DNA of 63,803 bases, counting the filler, from Reclinomonas americana ATCC 50394 (lineage: Eukaryota): NCBI GenBank assembly GCA_048213135.1. It is 49 parts of 49 records of this genome, joined end to end, with 100 filler letters (N's around TTAATTAATTAA, not from the genome) between each part and the next. Parts side by side here need not be neighbours in the genome. Positions count along the whole stretch, not along the records: positions 22,273 to 23,479 come from AFZH01026124.1; positions 23,580 to 24,785 come from AFZH01026125.1; positions 24,886 to 26,090 come from AFZH01026126.1; positions 26,191 to 27,396 come from AFZH01026127.1; positions 27,497 to 28,697 come from AFZH01026128.1; positions 28,798 to 30,002 come from AFZH01026129.1; positions 30,103 to 31,305 come from AFZH01026130.1; positions 31,406 to 32,607 come from AFZH01026131.1; 41 more parts are not named here. One strand, 5' to 3'. Below are positions 22,636 through 35,419 of this stretch, piece after piece (position 1 is the first letter of the stretch; each line of letters opens with the position of its first letter). Under the pieces are notes generated by a model that had not been told where the DNA came from, ran no database searches, and was given only the letters and a program-made list of their open reading frames with translations. The position numbers and the translations under genes are program-made.

Positions 22636-23689
22636 GAGGCACACGCGGTTGGTTTCCCATCCACACCCCAAGGCGCACATACGCACGTACCTCCAAAAGA
22701 TGCCTCCAGCAGGTCATCTTCTTTTCTCCTTCTCCTCCTCACTCCTCCTCCTCAAGGAGAAGACGATGAAATGGCACAACAGCAGTGACTGAGGGCCGCT
22801 AACGAAATTCGGTGGAGGCGAACTGGGATCAATAATCGTCCAGATGGAGGAGGTGGAGGTGCGAGTCGCGCTCCATGAGTGTCTCTTGCATCATCAACGA
22901 GAGCGTGTGTGCGAGCAGGAAACCATGCTGATGAGTAAGAGCACGCAGCGTGAGAAGAGAGAAAAAATGAGAGAAACAGGACGATGGGCTGCTGCCAGAG
23001 TGGAGGCTTCTCTTTTCTTCATCTCTTTAACGACCAGTCTTTCCCTCTCTCTCTCTCTCCCCACACCGACACCGCTTCTTGCGTCAAGTACACGAAAATT
23101 GATCTTCCTTCTGTGTTCTGCAAGCCAACGGCTCAAAATGGCAACAACAGCAACCACACACACACGAAGACATTCACTCGTTGCGCATCGGAAGAATAGA
23201 AAACGGGACAAGCGGCGGACAGCACGGCCGTGAGAACGAAGTGGGTGGAGAGAGAGAAGAGAGAAGAGAAAGAGAGTAGGGATGACGAATGAGGGAAGGA
23301 AGAGTGAATAAAGAAAGGATGGAGAGGAAGGGATGAAGAAGGAAAGGAGCTCAAGCGGGAAAGAGGCGAAGAAGGAAAGGATGCGTAATGGGGAGAGGAA
23401 TGAGGGAGGGATGAAGAAGGACAGGAGGGTGTGGGTGGAGAAGAACGAGAGAAAGAGGCAAAGAAGAAAGGAGCGGGGANNNNNNNNNNNNNNNNNNNNN
23501 NNNNNNNNNNNNNNNNNNNNNNNTTAATTAATTAANNNNNNNNNNNNNNNNNNNNNNNNNNNNNNNNNNNNNNNNNNNNAGAGAGAGAGAGAGAGAGAGA
23601 GAGAGAGCACAGCAGAGCATGCTGGAGACATGCAAGTCTCTTTCTCTGCCACTTGCTCATTGATGATGTATTCTTGTGCATTTTTCCAG

Positions 23690-24283
23690 GCTGGCTGGTG
23701 ATGGAGATGCCGGCATTCGTCTCCTACTCGGCCTTCTTCTTGCTCTCGTTGTGGGACGTTACTCGTCGGCCATCTGCAGTGTTTCGTTGATGCCGCGTGG
23801 GTGCTGGGGAGATGCAGGGAGGGAGAAGGAAGGGCAGAAGACTTCTCACGAGATTGAGCTTCGCTAGGCAGATTTCCAATCTGCTCCTCACCGGATTGCT
23901 GTGCACGTGCACGAACAGAGTGTCAGTGAAGGAGAGAAGCACAGTCGCGGTTGTGCTCTCAGAGAGAGAGAGAATGAGGGACAGGAGACTTCTCAAGAGA
24001 GGCAGCTGCGAAGGGCAGAGCACGGCGACAGAGATAGAAGGAACATCTGCTCGTCCAGATTGCTTTGCATGTGCGCTGAGGCAAGCACAGTCACGTTTGC
24101 GCTCTCGCACAGAGAGAGAGAAGGAGGGGTAGGAGACTACGCAAGATCGGCAGCTGCCTTGGCAGAGTTCAATGAGAGGAGATTGAGGGATCTGCTTGTC
24201 ACGTGATTACTTTGCATGTGCACGAACAAAGCGGCAGAGACAGTGAGGCACGCACAGTCACGTTCACATTCTCAGAGAGAGAA

Positions 24284-24338
<55 letters not shown>

Positions 24339-24785
24339 CACACAAATACAAAGAGAGAGAAGGGACAGGAAACTGCGCAAGATGGACAGCTGCAAGAAGC
24401 AGAGCGAGAGCAGGACAGAGCTAGAGAGACGCTTGCCAGCTGGTTTGCTGTGCGTGAGCACGAACAGGGTGACTGCGATTGTGATGCAAGCACAACCACA
24501 TTTGCGCTCTTTGAGAGATTGAGTGCGTGAGAGTTATAGAGAGAGAGAGAGAGAGATGAAGAGCGCAGCAGCAAGATTGCAGGTGACAACACGACATAAG
24601 GTTGTAGCTGCACCAGCATGTCCTCTCATCTTCTCCTCACCCTTTCCACCCCCCAGTGTCGACTCCCGCATCTCCTCCCTGATGATGCCAGTGGTGCTGG
24701 CTGCCTGCTACCTGAGCCACTACTACTACCGCACCTTTGTGTACCCGCTCACACGACACGTCGGCAACGTCTCGTCCCTCATTGC
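23690..24785 (+). CDS. Steroid 5-alpha-reductase (SRD5A1/DET2-like), two exons separated by an ~870-nt repeat-filled intron, partial
   Basis: GWLVMEMPAF and YLSHYYYRTFVYP match the W..ME.P and HY..R...YP motifs of this family. Confidence 0.72.
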
Positions 24786-24939
24786 NNNNNNNNNNNNNNN
24801 NNNNNNNNNNNNNNNNNNNNNNNNNNNNNTTAATTAATTAANNNNNNNNNNNNNNNNNNNNNNNNNNNNNNNNNNNNNNNNNNNNCACACAGAGAGAGAG
24901 AGAGAGAGACAGAGAGAGAGAAGAGAAACAAACCCGCAC

Positions 24940-25533
24940 GCCGAATGGTGGAAGTCGTGATGCAGCGTAGGACGCAGCCACTGCCACGGCGCAAAAGGCA
25001 GTGCGTAACCCGAGTGGCCGTCGATGGTCTCCCAGATGCGCTGCATTGACGCGGGTGAGACTGGAGACAAAAGACGCCCCCCTCCCCTTTGCCAACGAGA
25101 CGCAACCAGGAACACCCACAGCCCGAACGTGATGCCGTGGCAGCGCACCAACATGGCGCCCGTCAGCACTCCCGGTAGGTTGCCGACCACGGTCTCAAAC
25201 GGATGCGCATACTCGTACGCCTGCGCAATCGGAACATCAGTGTCGGGGCTTACAAAATGGCGGCCATATACAAGGTCTATCCATCAAACCTCCGCGGAGG
25301 TCGCCGTAAACTGATGGTGAATCTTGTGCACGTGGCGATAGAACCACGGCGTGTGCAGCAGACGATGCGTGTGGTAGAAGCAAAAGTCCTCGCACAGCAG
25401 GCACACAAAGAGGTGCAGCGGAACCTCGGTCAAAAAGTTCGGCAACTCCGCCTCAGTCATGCGATCCAGCGCGCCGCACCAGTCGAACAGCGGGGCCACC
25501 AGAAGTGGAGTGGCCACCCATTGGGTTATGAAC
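24940..25533 (-). CDS. Sterol desaturase / fatty-acid-hydroxylase family enzyme (C4-methylsterol oxidase-like), spliced, partial
   Basis: His boxes: EDFCFYHTHRLLH, HKIHH, EYAHPFE, TIDGHSGY, HHDFHH. Confidence 0.9.
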
Positions 25534-25787
25534 TGGAAAAGGGAGAGGGTGGACAAGGACAGGGGTGAGGTTTGGAGAAGGGGAAGGAGAAGAGGGAGGT
25601 GGAGAGGGGAGGGAGGAGAGGAGAGGAGAGGGGACAAGGAAAAGAGAAGAAAGAATGGAGACAACGAAGAAGACGTCAACAGAAGAAGACAAGCAACGGC
25701 AGACAGAGAACAGGAGAATGGGCAGATGTCGGGAATACAGGGGACTTGGAGAAGGAGAGCTGTGGAGATCACAGGATGAAAGAGACA

Positions 25788-26090
25788 GAAGACAAGATCC
25801 AGACCAAGTGATGAGACAGAACGTAAAGCAAGGGAATACAGAGGGACCATGGGAACCACAGAGAACGAGAGAGAGAGAGAGAGAGAGAGAGATAGAAAGG
25901 AGGAGAAGAGGAGAGAGGAGGAGAAGGCGGCGGAGGAGGAACAGGGAGGATAGCTGTGCAGCTCACAGGAGGAGACGGAAGACAAGACAAGACCAAGAGT
26001 GACGAGACAGAACGTAAAGCAAGGGCACACAGAGGGACCATGGGAGCCACAGAGAACGAGAGAGAGAGAGAGAGATGAGAAGGAGGAGAA
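25788..26090. repeat. Tandem repeat, ~190-bp period, intronic
   Basis: GAGACAGAACGTAAAGCAAGGG..CAGAGGGACCATGGGA.CCACAGAGAACGAGAGAG at ~25813 and ~26004. Confidence 0.8.
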
Positions 26091-26196
26091 NNNNNNNNNN
26101 NNNNNNNNNNNNNNNNNNNNNNNNNNNNNNNNNNTTAATTAATTAANNNNNNNNNNNNNNNNNNNNNNNNNNNNNNNNNNNNNNNNNNNNAGTAGT

Positions 26197-26198
<2 letters not shown>

Positions 26199-26284
<86 letters not shown>
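26199..26284. repeat. (CT)n microsatellite, representative of the many GA/CT tracts, often at contig ends
   Basis: Direct observation. Confidence 0.95.
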
Positions 26285-26286
<2 letters not shown>

Positions 26287-27496
26287 TCCCTCCACCAACA
26301 TTCGCCATAGCGTCTCTCCCCACTCGCAGATGATGTTCTCTCTCTCCTCCATTTCTCACCCCACACATGCACAATCGCCAATGACCAGACGTATCCCAGA
26401 AGGAATGAGAGATATTCTCCACGCTCCCAGCTTTCCTGTTTCCCACACGACGCCTCTCTCTCTCTCTCTCTCTCTCTGAATTCCCGTGTATCCCGCTCAT
26501 CATCCAAGCACGCCGTTCAACAGAGAAAACAAACCATGAAATGTGATCAAGGACGGTGGAAAAGAGAAATTGTGGTGGTGGAAAAGAGAGTGAAGGAGAA
26601 GGAACACTGGATGTGGATGGATGGATGGATACAAGAGAGAAACACGGAGATGACGAAGAGAGACGAACAGAGAGCAGCAGAAACGAGAGAAAATGAAAGC
26701 ATGAGAGCACGAGAGTGACGGCGATGAGACGAACAGAGGCGATCACACAAACACGGATGGAGGACGTAGAGACATGTATGACAGACCACGAAAAATGAGC
26801 AAGGAAATACGTGCACACATAGACGACGCTCACGCTCCCAAGAACACGGAGGTGAGAGTCGATGACGATAACCAGGGAAAAGGAGGCAATAAGAATAGAA
26901 GAAAAGAAAGACAGGAAGGAGGATGCAACGGATGGAAATGGAGGGAGATGTAAGAGGCTGCTTCCTCACGCGAGGAGAGGAAGAGAGAAAGAGAGAAGAT
27001 TCTGGAGGAGACAGAAGGGATGAGAGGGGAAGGAAAAAGAAAGAAAAGGACAGGATGTCAACACGATATGCACGGTGATGGAGACGATGAAGGCGATATA
27101 CAGAAAGAGACGAATCAACGACATGCACACATGCATACACGCGACAGCAAGCACTCGAAAATGACGGAGGAAAGAAAAAAGAAGAAGATGAGGAAGGAGA
27201 GAGAGGAGAGTGGAGAAGGAGAAGCACGTGTGCGTGTTCAGGCAGTATCACAGATGAGGTGAAAAGAGACGGAGAGCGGAGTGAGAGAGAGGGGAACCCT
27301 ACAAGAACAAGCCCGACAGAGAGCAGCTCAGCGCGACAAGCATGTGTGGCACAGTGATGATCCGCAGAGACGGAGATACAAGACGAGGGGAGGGAANNNN
27401 NNNNNNNNNNNNNNNNNNNNNNNNNNNNNNNNNNNNNNNNTTAATTAATTAANNNNNNNNNNNNNNNNNNNNNNNNNNNNNNNNNNNNNNNNNNNN

Positions 27497-28290
27497 CCAT
27501 TGTCAGAGTGGACTCCCTTTACCGTGTGGTCGCCCATGTGGTTGTTGATTAGGCTGACTACTTCTTGAATGCGCTTGTGAACGACGGCCTTAGACTTGTA
27601 GAAGCCGACGAAAATACAGCGAGTGGCATCATCTACTCCCAACACCAAATAGATGTTTTTGTTGATGGAGGGAGGCATAGGGCCACAGGTGTCCCAGTGA
27701 ATTAGTTGTCCTGGGTACACTACATCTGGGCCGCTCCTTATTCAGGATTGGCTGCCTGTGCATCTTGCCGAGTTTGCAAGTGTCACAATGGAAGTCCTTG
27801 ACTTCTTCCTCGGAAAACTTTATTCCGGATGCCTTACCATCTCTCATGGTTTTTAGGCGTGCTACACTTATATGACCTAACCTTTCGTGCCATGTGGTGA
27901 GTGATTCCTTAGCTGACAGTGCGGTATCTAGCTTGCGTTCCAGGTTAACCACATATAGTCCCTCAATGAGTCTCGCTTCTAGCAAAAGCTCGTGTGTTAG
28001 TCGGGACTTGACTTGGAAGCCGTTGAGAGTGGAGATGTAGAACTTTTCGTCCAACTTGCTCTGGCTCATAAGGTTGACAGGGAGTGAAGGTACGAGAAGT
28101 GTGTTGGTTAGTGATAGATTTACTATCTCGTCCTCTAGCTCTACGCGGATCAGTACAGTGCCAATGCCTATAACTGGGGCGGGTTCGCCTGCTGTGATGA
28201 TTGTGGATTGGCGTGGCTGAAGGTCTACAAAGAGAGCCTTGTTGTTGCACATGTGCGAAGTGCATCGCTATCTACGATCCAGTCTGTGCT
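27497..28290 (-). mobile_element. Ty1/copia LTR retrotransposon pol fragment (protease, GAG-pre-integrase, integrase), frameshifted
   Basis: DWIVDS(G)CTSHMCNNK protease, WHERLGHIS..CDTCKLGKMHRQP zinc-binding region, LIHWDTCGPM..VDDATR..VHSDNG integrase, in copia order; two 1-nt frameshifts (~28267, ~27714); lower GC than host genes. Confidence 0.92.
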
Positions 28291-28859
28291 GGGATCTATG
28301 AGTGGTCTATCCCCCCCTGATGCAATGAGTACTTTTTGTGTAACTAGGTGGGGTATAGTTGGTCAAGTGTAGGTGCAATATTTGGCGCAAAATCAAAATC
28401 AGCAGTCCTAAAGTAGACTCTTGAGGACCTACTAAGGCTGTGTCCAAGCAAGGTGGTCCAATCATAGACCAACGTACAGCAGTATCAACCTCCATGGAGC
28501 AGGCCAGTACTACCTTTGCCCCCAGAGGTTTTACCCCCTGGAACTAGGGCGCCCAACTCTTCGCACTCCAGCCTCTTTCTGATATAGGAAAATTGGAGCT
28601 GGTGGGGTACATTCCCCCATATCTCTTTTCAAGCAGCATTCTCATCTGGGTCAGCTTTGACTCCTTCTGTCTGGCTGTCCCCATTTCCATGCACCAANNN
28701 NNNNNNNNNNNNNNNNNNNNNNNNNNNNNNNNNNNNNNNNNTTAATTAATTAANNNNNNNNNNNNNNNNNNNNNNNNNNNNNNNNNNNNNNNNNNNNGCA
28801 GCACGTGATGTAGACGTGAGGGGCGGTGATCAACCAAAAAAAGACGCCGGCCACTCACA

Positions 28860-30002
28860 TCTTGGCAAATGCACGACCCAGCACGCCCTGTTGCTTGTCC
28901 TGCCCACGCCATGGAGCCGCGCCTTCTCGAATCTCGTAGCCCTCTGCCGAGTACCGACTGCTGCTGCCTTCGCCGGCGGTGAAATCAGGAGGCAGATCCT
29001 CCAGTTCGCTGTCGTCATCGTCCGAGTCGGAGCCGTCGTCGGTGCCCGTAATGTCGGAGGCCTGCGTACTGTGTGCGCCCCCGCTCACCGCACCTCCACT
29101 GCCCGACGCCTCTCGTTCATGTCCCGACGACGAGTCACCAGTGCCCATTCCCACCGTGAGATGTGGCGCGGCGGCCGAGTGGACCTTGGAGAAGCTCTTC
29201 TCGCTGCCGGGAGAGCCAATCGATTCCTCAGAAGCCACCGAACGCAGTGCTGACTGCCGAACCTGCGGGCTGTTGCTGACCAGCCGCTGTGGTGGTGGTC
29301 GATTCCGACTCGGTGACGACGGATCGCCGTCTGCCGTGGGTGTTGTCTGCAAATAGTGGGTTAAGACTCCTGCTGTCCTCTTCCTCATTACGCGGCACAT
29401 TTGGCGCACACCTCTGTCATGCCACTTGGTCGCCGTTCTGTCACCGCTGCTTCCATGCGGAATGAGGATGCGGGAAGCGGCTTTCGCTGTTTCGACTCGT
29501 CCTCCAGCGGCAGCTCCACCTCCTCGAGGTCGTCTACCGAAAGGCTGCTCGTGGAGCGTGCGTGAAGGCTGGCCTCGCTCGCTGGTACATTGGGAAGGAG
29601 AAAATTAGTCGTCTCCCATCGCGCATGTCGCAAAAGAGGCGCCAAAGTACCTGCTTTGAACTCGGCGCTAGCCACAAAGTCGTCCAGTGCAGGGGTGGTG
29701 AACGACTCTGACAGGTCGTCCTCTGTGCGCAACCCTTCTTCAGCGTCTTCGTCGGCAGTAGCGCCACCGGTTGTGCTCCTCCTGGATGTTCCGTCGACTC
29801 CGGCGTCAGATTCAAATACGAGAACTCCGCTCTCCGTCACGTCCTCCTCGTCCTCGTCGTATGCACCACCGATACCTCCGCTTCGGTTGCTACGCGATGA
29901 GGCGGTGCCGTTGGGCGACGCTGGCGATCCCTCCACAAAGCTGTGCGTAAAGTTGGCGACTCGACCGACAATCACCGACGAGACACTGCATGCGTGCGCG
30001 CG
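28860..30002 (-). CDS. Acidic Ser/Gly-rich disordered protein, spliced, partial
   Basis: Two long frames joined by a GTGTGC..TTGCAG intron (~29348-29411); no recognisable domain. Confidence 0.55.
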
Positions 30003-30102
30003 NNNNNNNNNNNNNNNNNNNNNNNNNNNNNNNNNNNNNNNNNNNNTTAATTAATTAANNNNNNNNNNNNNNNNNNNNNNNNNNNNNNNNNNNNNNNNNN
30101 NN

Positions 30103-31051
30103 AAACACCGTGTGCGGCGACAGCGCCACCATTGTATGATGCGCACGCGGGGTCGGCAGTGTGCCGTACATGAGCAGCAGCTGCGTCGTCACCTCGTTGG
30201 TGCTCTTGGCCGCTCCACGATTGCGCACACACATGAAATGCAAGTCGCCCAGGTACTGCACGCCGTCGTAGCCGCCGTGCATGAGCACATGCACGTTCGG
30301 GTCATCGTCGCCCTCCGAGTCCAGTGCCACCATCGCCGCTCCCGATCGTGCCGACGGAGCCGCTCCTTGCAAACGTACACTGCGCGCGACCACGACGAGT
30401 CAGAGAAATGCTGCCTTCAAGAGCAGCCAAGCAACGAGAAGCTGACCGTTCGTAAAAGCACACGCCGAGCTGCTCAGCCTCCTGCACGACGATATCGCCA
30501 CACTCCTTGGTCTCCACTGCAGTCACGTCGGCCGCACCAGCAACGTCGATGAGGAAGGCCTCGTTGCGGACGCGAGTGCCCTCGGCCCCGCCAAACACCA
30601 GTACACAATCCGGCGACACACTCACACACGAGTGCGCCGATCGCGCCGGCAAGTGCACATCCATCGCCCTCCGTCCACTTCCCGACGGACTCACCAGTGT
30701 CGACGACACTCCGCTCTCGTTGCGCAGGAGACAGTCACCGGACAAGTCGTGCACGCGCAACAGCAGATCGTCGCCGAGTGCAATCGACGGGTGATCGCCA
30801 CCCAACGCAGTGATCGCGTCCTTGGCCGCCTGCTGCTCCACAGTGGAGTTCCCCGCCTGATCAACGACACACAATCATTAGCAATCAAACAGCACCAATC
30901 GATCTCCGTGTCCACTCTCACTGACCAATGTCGATTGCTCCCAGGCGACATACTGCGAGCTTTCCATGGCCTTCTTGTGCAACTTGGTGCGCGACTCGCG
31001 CTTACTCATACGCGCCCCCGCCGAGTGGTCGGCGCTGTTCGAGGCACCCAT
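30103..31051 (-). CDS. Kelch-repeat protein with N-terminal MGASNS myristoylation motif, spliced, 3'-partial
   Basis: PARSAHSCV..VLVFGG, PSARSGAAM..LMHGGYDG..YLGDLH, PTPRAHHTM repeats. Confidence 0.82.
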
Positions 31052-31124
31052 ACTCTTCTCTCTCTCTACTTAAGAAATAAAAACCGGGTAACCGGAATAA
31101 ACCGTTTTCACTTGTGCGCACCAA

Positions 31125-31305
31125 TCACATGCGCTTTCTCGGCTCGGCGCTCTCCACGAGTCCAAGTGTGAACGGCACGAGTACAGGTGTGTTCCGCTTG
31201 TACTCCTTGTAGTCGTCGCGCAACGCATACTTCTTCTCGTAGGCGCGCTCGAGTGGCGGAATGCCGCTGAGTCGCACCAGCAAGAAGGTGATGGTGAGGG
31301 GCGAG
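31125..31305 (-). CDS. DUF1295 (steroid 5-alpha-reductase-related) membrane protein C-terminus
   Basis: SPLTITFLLVRLSGIPPLERAYEKKY..DYKEYKRNTPVLVP motif; this frame is not in the supplied ORF track because it lacks a start codon. Confidence 0.82.
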
Positions 31306-31410
31306 NNNNNNNNNNNNNNNNNNNNNNNNNNNNNNNNNNNNNNNNNNNNTTAATTAATTAANNNNNNNNNNNNNNNNNNNNNNNNNNNNNNNNNNNNNNN
31401 NNNNNACGAC

Positions 31411-31446
<36 letters not shown>

Positions 31447-31500
31447 CAAAGACGAGGCTTAGAACAGTCGAAAATCTCAACAGCAGGAACGGCGACGCAC

Positions 31501-31928
31501 CTGCGCCTCGCCACTGCCCGACACCAAGATGTTCTCCGGTTTGACGTCGCGGTGCGTGATTCCACGACGGTGCAGATACGCCAGGCCCTGGCACACGCCA
31601 TAGATGCAGCCCTTGAGCTGCAGCTCGGAGAGGCAGTCGCCGCGCTTCAAAATGCTGCGCACTGGAGATGTGAGACGCGGGAGGGGGACTTTTGTGGGGG
31701 AAGAGAGAGAGGGAGCGTAACTTGCGCAGCGAGCCGCGCTCAGCCAGCGGAAACACCAAGTACAAGTGGTTCGCCAACGACTCGAATGACACGAGTGGTG
31801 GCAAATCGACGAGACGCACGACCTGTTGCACTGACGATGAGAATGTGGAGGGAGGGAATCGGTGGAGTGAAGGTAACGTTGGGGTGGTCGGCATCCATCA
31901 GGATCTTGATTTCACGAAGAATGCTGCA
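31501..31928 (-). CDS. Ser/Thr protein kinase, spliced fragment
   Basis: LREIKILMDADHPN|VVRL..LYLVFPLAERGSL..GLAYLHRRGITHRDVKPENILV. Confidence 0.9.
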
Positions 31929-32037
31929 GAGGAACGGAGACGTGTGAGCCAAGCGAGATGTACGGGAATACAATTCAACCCGTGGAGGGAAGATATGGGG
32001 GGAAAGACAAAGAGACGTGCTGCACTTCTATCTCCGG

Positions 32038-32074
<37 letters not shown>

Positions 32075-32430
32075 GATCATGCACCGACAACCATCTGAAA
32101 GTCAATAGACTACTTGCCTTTTTTCTGTCGCTCTCTGCAAGTTGTTTGCTGGAAGTGTGCAAGACTCAGTTGACTTGTCCTCCCTTCTTTCCTTCTCTAA
32201 ACTATATTCGTTCTCTCTCTAGCGCGGTTCTACTTCTGTTCTTCTGTCGTCTTCTATGCATCCTATCTCTTTCATAGTCTGCCCGATTGTTCCTTCTCTC
32301 CGTCCCACTCAGTTCGACACGCTTCTCTTCTCTCTCTTTCTCTTGCTTCCTTTCCATCTCGTTTCTTCTTCACACATGTCACTCTCCGTTTCACTTCTCA
32401 GCCTTCGCCCGCTACAGTCTGCCATGCCAA

Positions 32431-32464
<34 letters not shown>

Positions 32465-32707
32465 CTCTTTCTTGTCAACTCTGCGAAAACAATTGAGTTG
32501 TCTTCCTCTTCGTCCCATCTTTCCTTCTCTCTCACACTTCTCTGTTTTCTATTCCCAGCCATGACAATCCCTTCTCTCTCTCTCTCACTCTCTCACTCTC
32601 CCTCTCCNNNNNNNNNNNNNNNNNNNNNNNNNNNNNNNNNNNNNNNNNNNNTTAATTAATTAANNNNNNNNNNNNNNNNNNNNNNNNNNNNNNNNNNNNN
32701 NNNNNNN

Positions 32708-33866
32708 GCCGGCCATTCTCATCCGCGTGCTCGACAGCAAGCTGTGGGTCGGCATTCCACCGCTGCTCGCCATGGTGTTCCGAGTTGCGCACGAGACGTG
32801 CATCGTTGCTGTTGTGTCCCTGCCCTGCCTGTTGCCGACACATTCGCAGGGTCGAGGCCTGGGTCCAATGAACGCTGCAGAGGCCAGTGGCACTGGCTCA
32901 CCGCGATTTCAATTCTTGTTTGTGCGCATTCTGGAAACGGACGATGCGCTGGCGCGGTTATTCTTCAAGGCGCTCTTCAATCACCTGGCGTGGTGTGCCA
33001 CGGAGCTGGTGGTGGCCATGAAGGAACTAGTGCGGGCGGTAGAGGCCTCGGAACCCATCGACGAGCAGCGTGCACATCGCTACGAAGTCATTTTCAAGCT
33101 CATTGTCAACATGCTGCGGGTGTGTGTGTGTGTGTGTGTAGGTTGTCGCAAAGGAAAAGAAGATTGCCACTGACTGTGTGTTTGTGGGGGAAACAGGCTC
33201 TCGAGTTTGTGTGCCTCGACGTTCCTGCCGTTGTGGCTGGCCGATTGGACACGGTCACGGACCGTCTGGTGGAGATGGTTCGCTCCGTCATGTCGCTTGC
33301 GTTTGGCCCAGAGGCCAAACTGCTGCAGACATTGACAGCGCGACCGGCCACGGGTGCGTTGAGCATGAACAGAGGACAGTGTCTGATGAGACGCAGCTGA
33401 TAATGATGTTTATTGTAGCGCGAGGTCTGCAACTGCGACATCTTGTCGCCCCGATCGCCGGCTCGTTGGTGGCACTGTCGCGCGCTGGTGACGAAGTGTT
33501 TGTGCCCTTTGTTGAGCATCTCGCCAAGGCGTACTGGCCCGATTTTCCGATTGCGTCGTATGAGCGGCTGGTGGAGTTCAACTTTGGTTGCGTGTTCTCG
33601 TGACGCTCGCTTGCGTTCGTGTGCGGCAGCCTTACTCTTTGTTGTGAGTGCAGACAGTGCGGAGGAAGCACAGCTGGTGCAGATGGTGGACACCATGCGA
33701 CGAGTGGTGGCTGCCATACCCAAGGACACCAAGGTGTGCCGCGAGTGGCTGTTGGATTTAGTTGTTGGTAATCTCACTCATTGGTCGGGTGCAGGTGGTG
33801 GACGAAGAGCGTCTGTGTCCAATTTGCTACGGCAACGAGATGAATTGTCGGATAGATCCGTGCAAG
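32708..33866 (+). CDS. RNF123: RNF123/KPC1-like E3 ubiquitin ligase, C-terminal region with start of the RING, spliced
   Basis: LWV..,LFNHLAWCATELVVAMKE..IFKLIVNMLR|ALEF..RLVEM..DEERLCPICYGNEMNCRIDPC. Confidence 0.78.
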
Positions 33867-34124
33867 GTATTCACGTTTTGCGTGTCGATTGGCAAGCTCG
33901 ACTTGCCATTNNNNNNNNNNNNNNNNNNNNNNNNNNNNNNNNNNNNNNNNNNNNTTAATTAATTAANNNNNNNNNNNNNNNNNNNNNNNNNNNNNNNNNN
34001 NNNNNNNNNNTGGAGAGACACATCATCAAAACATCGGCAGCAGAAAACAGCGGGAAAATGAGAGGAGGAAAGAGGAGGGAGGGAGGGAGGGAGGAAGGAG
34101 ACCTAGAGCACGTGCACTCGGAAG

Positions 34125-35214
34125 TTATTCAGAGGCCGAGGCAACAACGTCAACGTCGGGCCGAGGTCGTCGTGGGCGCGTCGACTGGTCGCGGTTGGGC
34201 AGCACGTGCAGCTTGCGGCCCTCGATCTTGTAGCCGTTGAACTTGTCCATCGCCAACTCCGCATCTTGCCACGAGTGGAACGGCACTTGTGCGCACAGTG
34301 CCGAGCCGAACTGGCCGCCAAACATCTGCACAAAGCCGGCCACACCCTGGCCGACGCTGTTGAAGATGGCCTTGATGTCGGCCGGGCGCATCGAGTACGG
34401 CATGTCGTACACAAACACCTCCTTGCTGTGGTTGCGCTTGTAGTACAGCGTGTAGTAGGGGTCCGACACGTCCGTGTGCACAAACACGTCGACCTCGTCC
34501 TCGATGAACTTCTCGATGCGGCGCTTCTCGCCAGTCACGTCGCGGTACTGGTTCCAGGTGAGGCCACCGAGCATGTTGCGCAGGCGGCTGAGCACAAACT
34601 CCACTGGCACGCCCGAGGCGCGGCGGTTGCCGTCGACAATCGACTGAATCATCAACGCCACCTCCTCCGTGTCGGGCAGGTGATTCTTGCGCGGCACCAC
34701 CTTTGGCACCTTGATGCTCTTGACCTGCTGGCGCACGGCGGCGGCCAACGCGAATGGTGAGTCGGCGTCGGTCGGGCGGCGGCGGCGGGCCGACGTTGAG
34801 CGGTCCGACACGGTCGTGGTGGTGGTGGTGGTGGTCGACTTGGTGGTGTCGACGACCTCGGCGCGGCGAACGCGAGGCGCAGAGACCGAGCGCTGCACCA
34901 GCACCGCTGCGGTGGTGGCGGTGGTAGTAGTAGTGGTGGTCACGGCACCGGCGGCCTCGGCCTCGGCGGCCAGGCGAGCCTCGCGCTCGCGGCGGCGAAC
35001 ACGCTGGTTCTTCTTGCGGCCAGTCGTCTCCGTGGACTCCACCTCGACCGGCTCCTCGGTCTTGACGACCGTCGGCACAGTCACTACAGCCTCCTCGACC
35101 ACGCTAGTGGTGCCGGCGGCGGCGGCAGCGGCGGCCTCGCGCTCCGCCTTGCGACGGCGACGCTCGGCGTGAGTGGGGCGCACCCTCTTGCGCTTCTCGC
35201 CCTCCTCCTCCTCG
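34125..35214 (-). CDS. RNA-binding protein with C-terminal RRM, 5'-partial
   Basis: EVFVYDMPYS (RNP2)..ALCAQVPFHSWQDAELAMDKFNGYKIEGRKLHV; long frame with strong GC3 bias. Confidence 0.8.
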
Positions 35215-35419
35215 NNNNNNNNNNNNNNNNNNNNNNNNNNNNNNNNNNNNNNNNNNNNTTAATTAATTAANNNNNNNNNNNNNNNNNNNNNNNNNNNNNN
35301 NNNNNNNNNNNNNNCGTGTGCCACGCCCCTCCGTCACGCACCAAAACTCAGCCGAATGTTGGTGTGCGACATTTTTCGACTGCGCGACGCTGCCGTCGAT
35401 GAGGACGACGACGAGGAGG

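Noticed and set aside
23690..25533. A sterol biosynthetic gene cluster (reductase next to oxidase)
   Set aside because: The genes are on different contigs separated by a linker; the adjacency reflects length sorting.
26135..27396. RERERE/SLSLSL ORFs here and in many other contigs, and ORFs ending X..LIN
   Set aside because: Translations of GA/CT microsatellites or read-through into the N linker.
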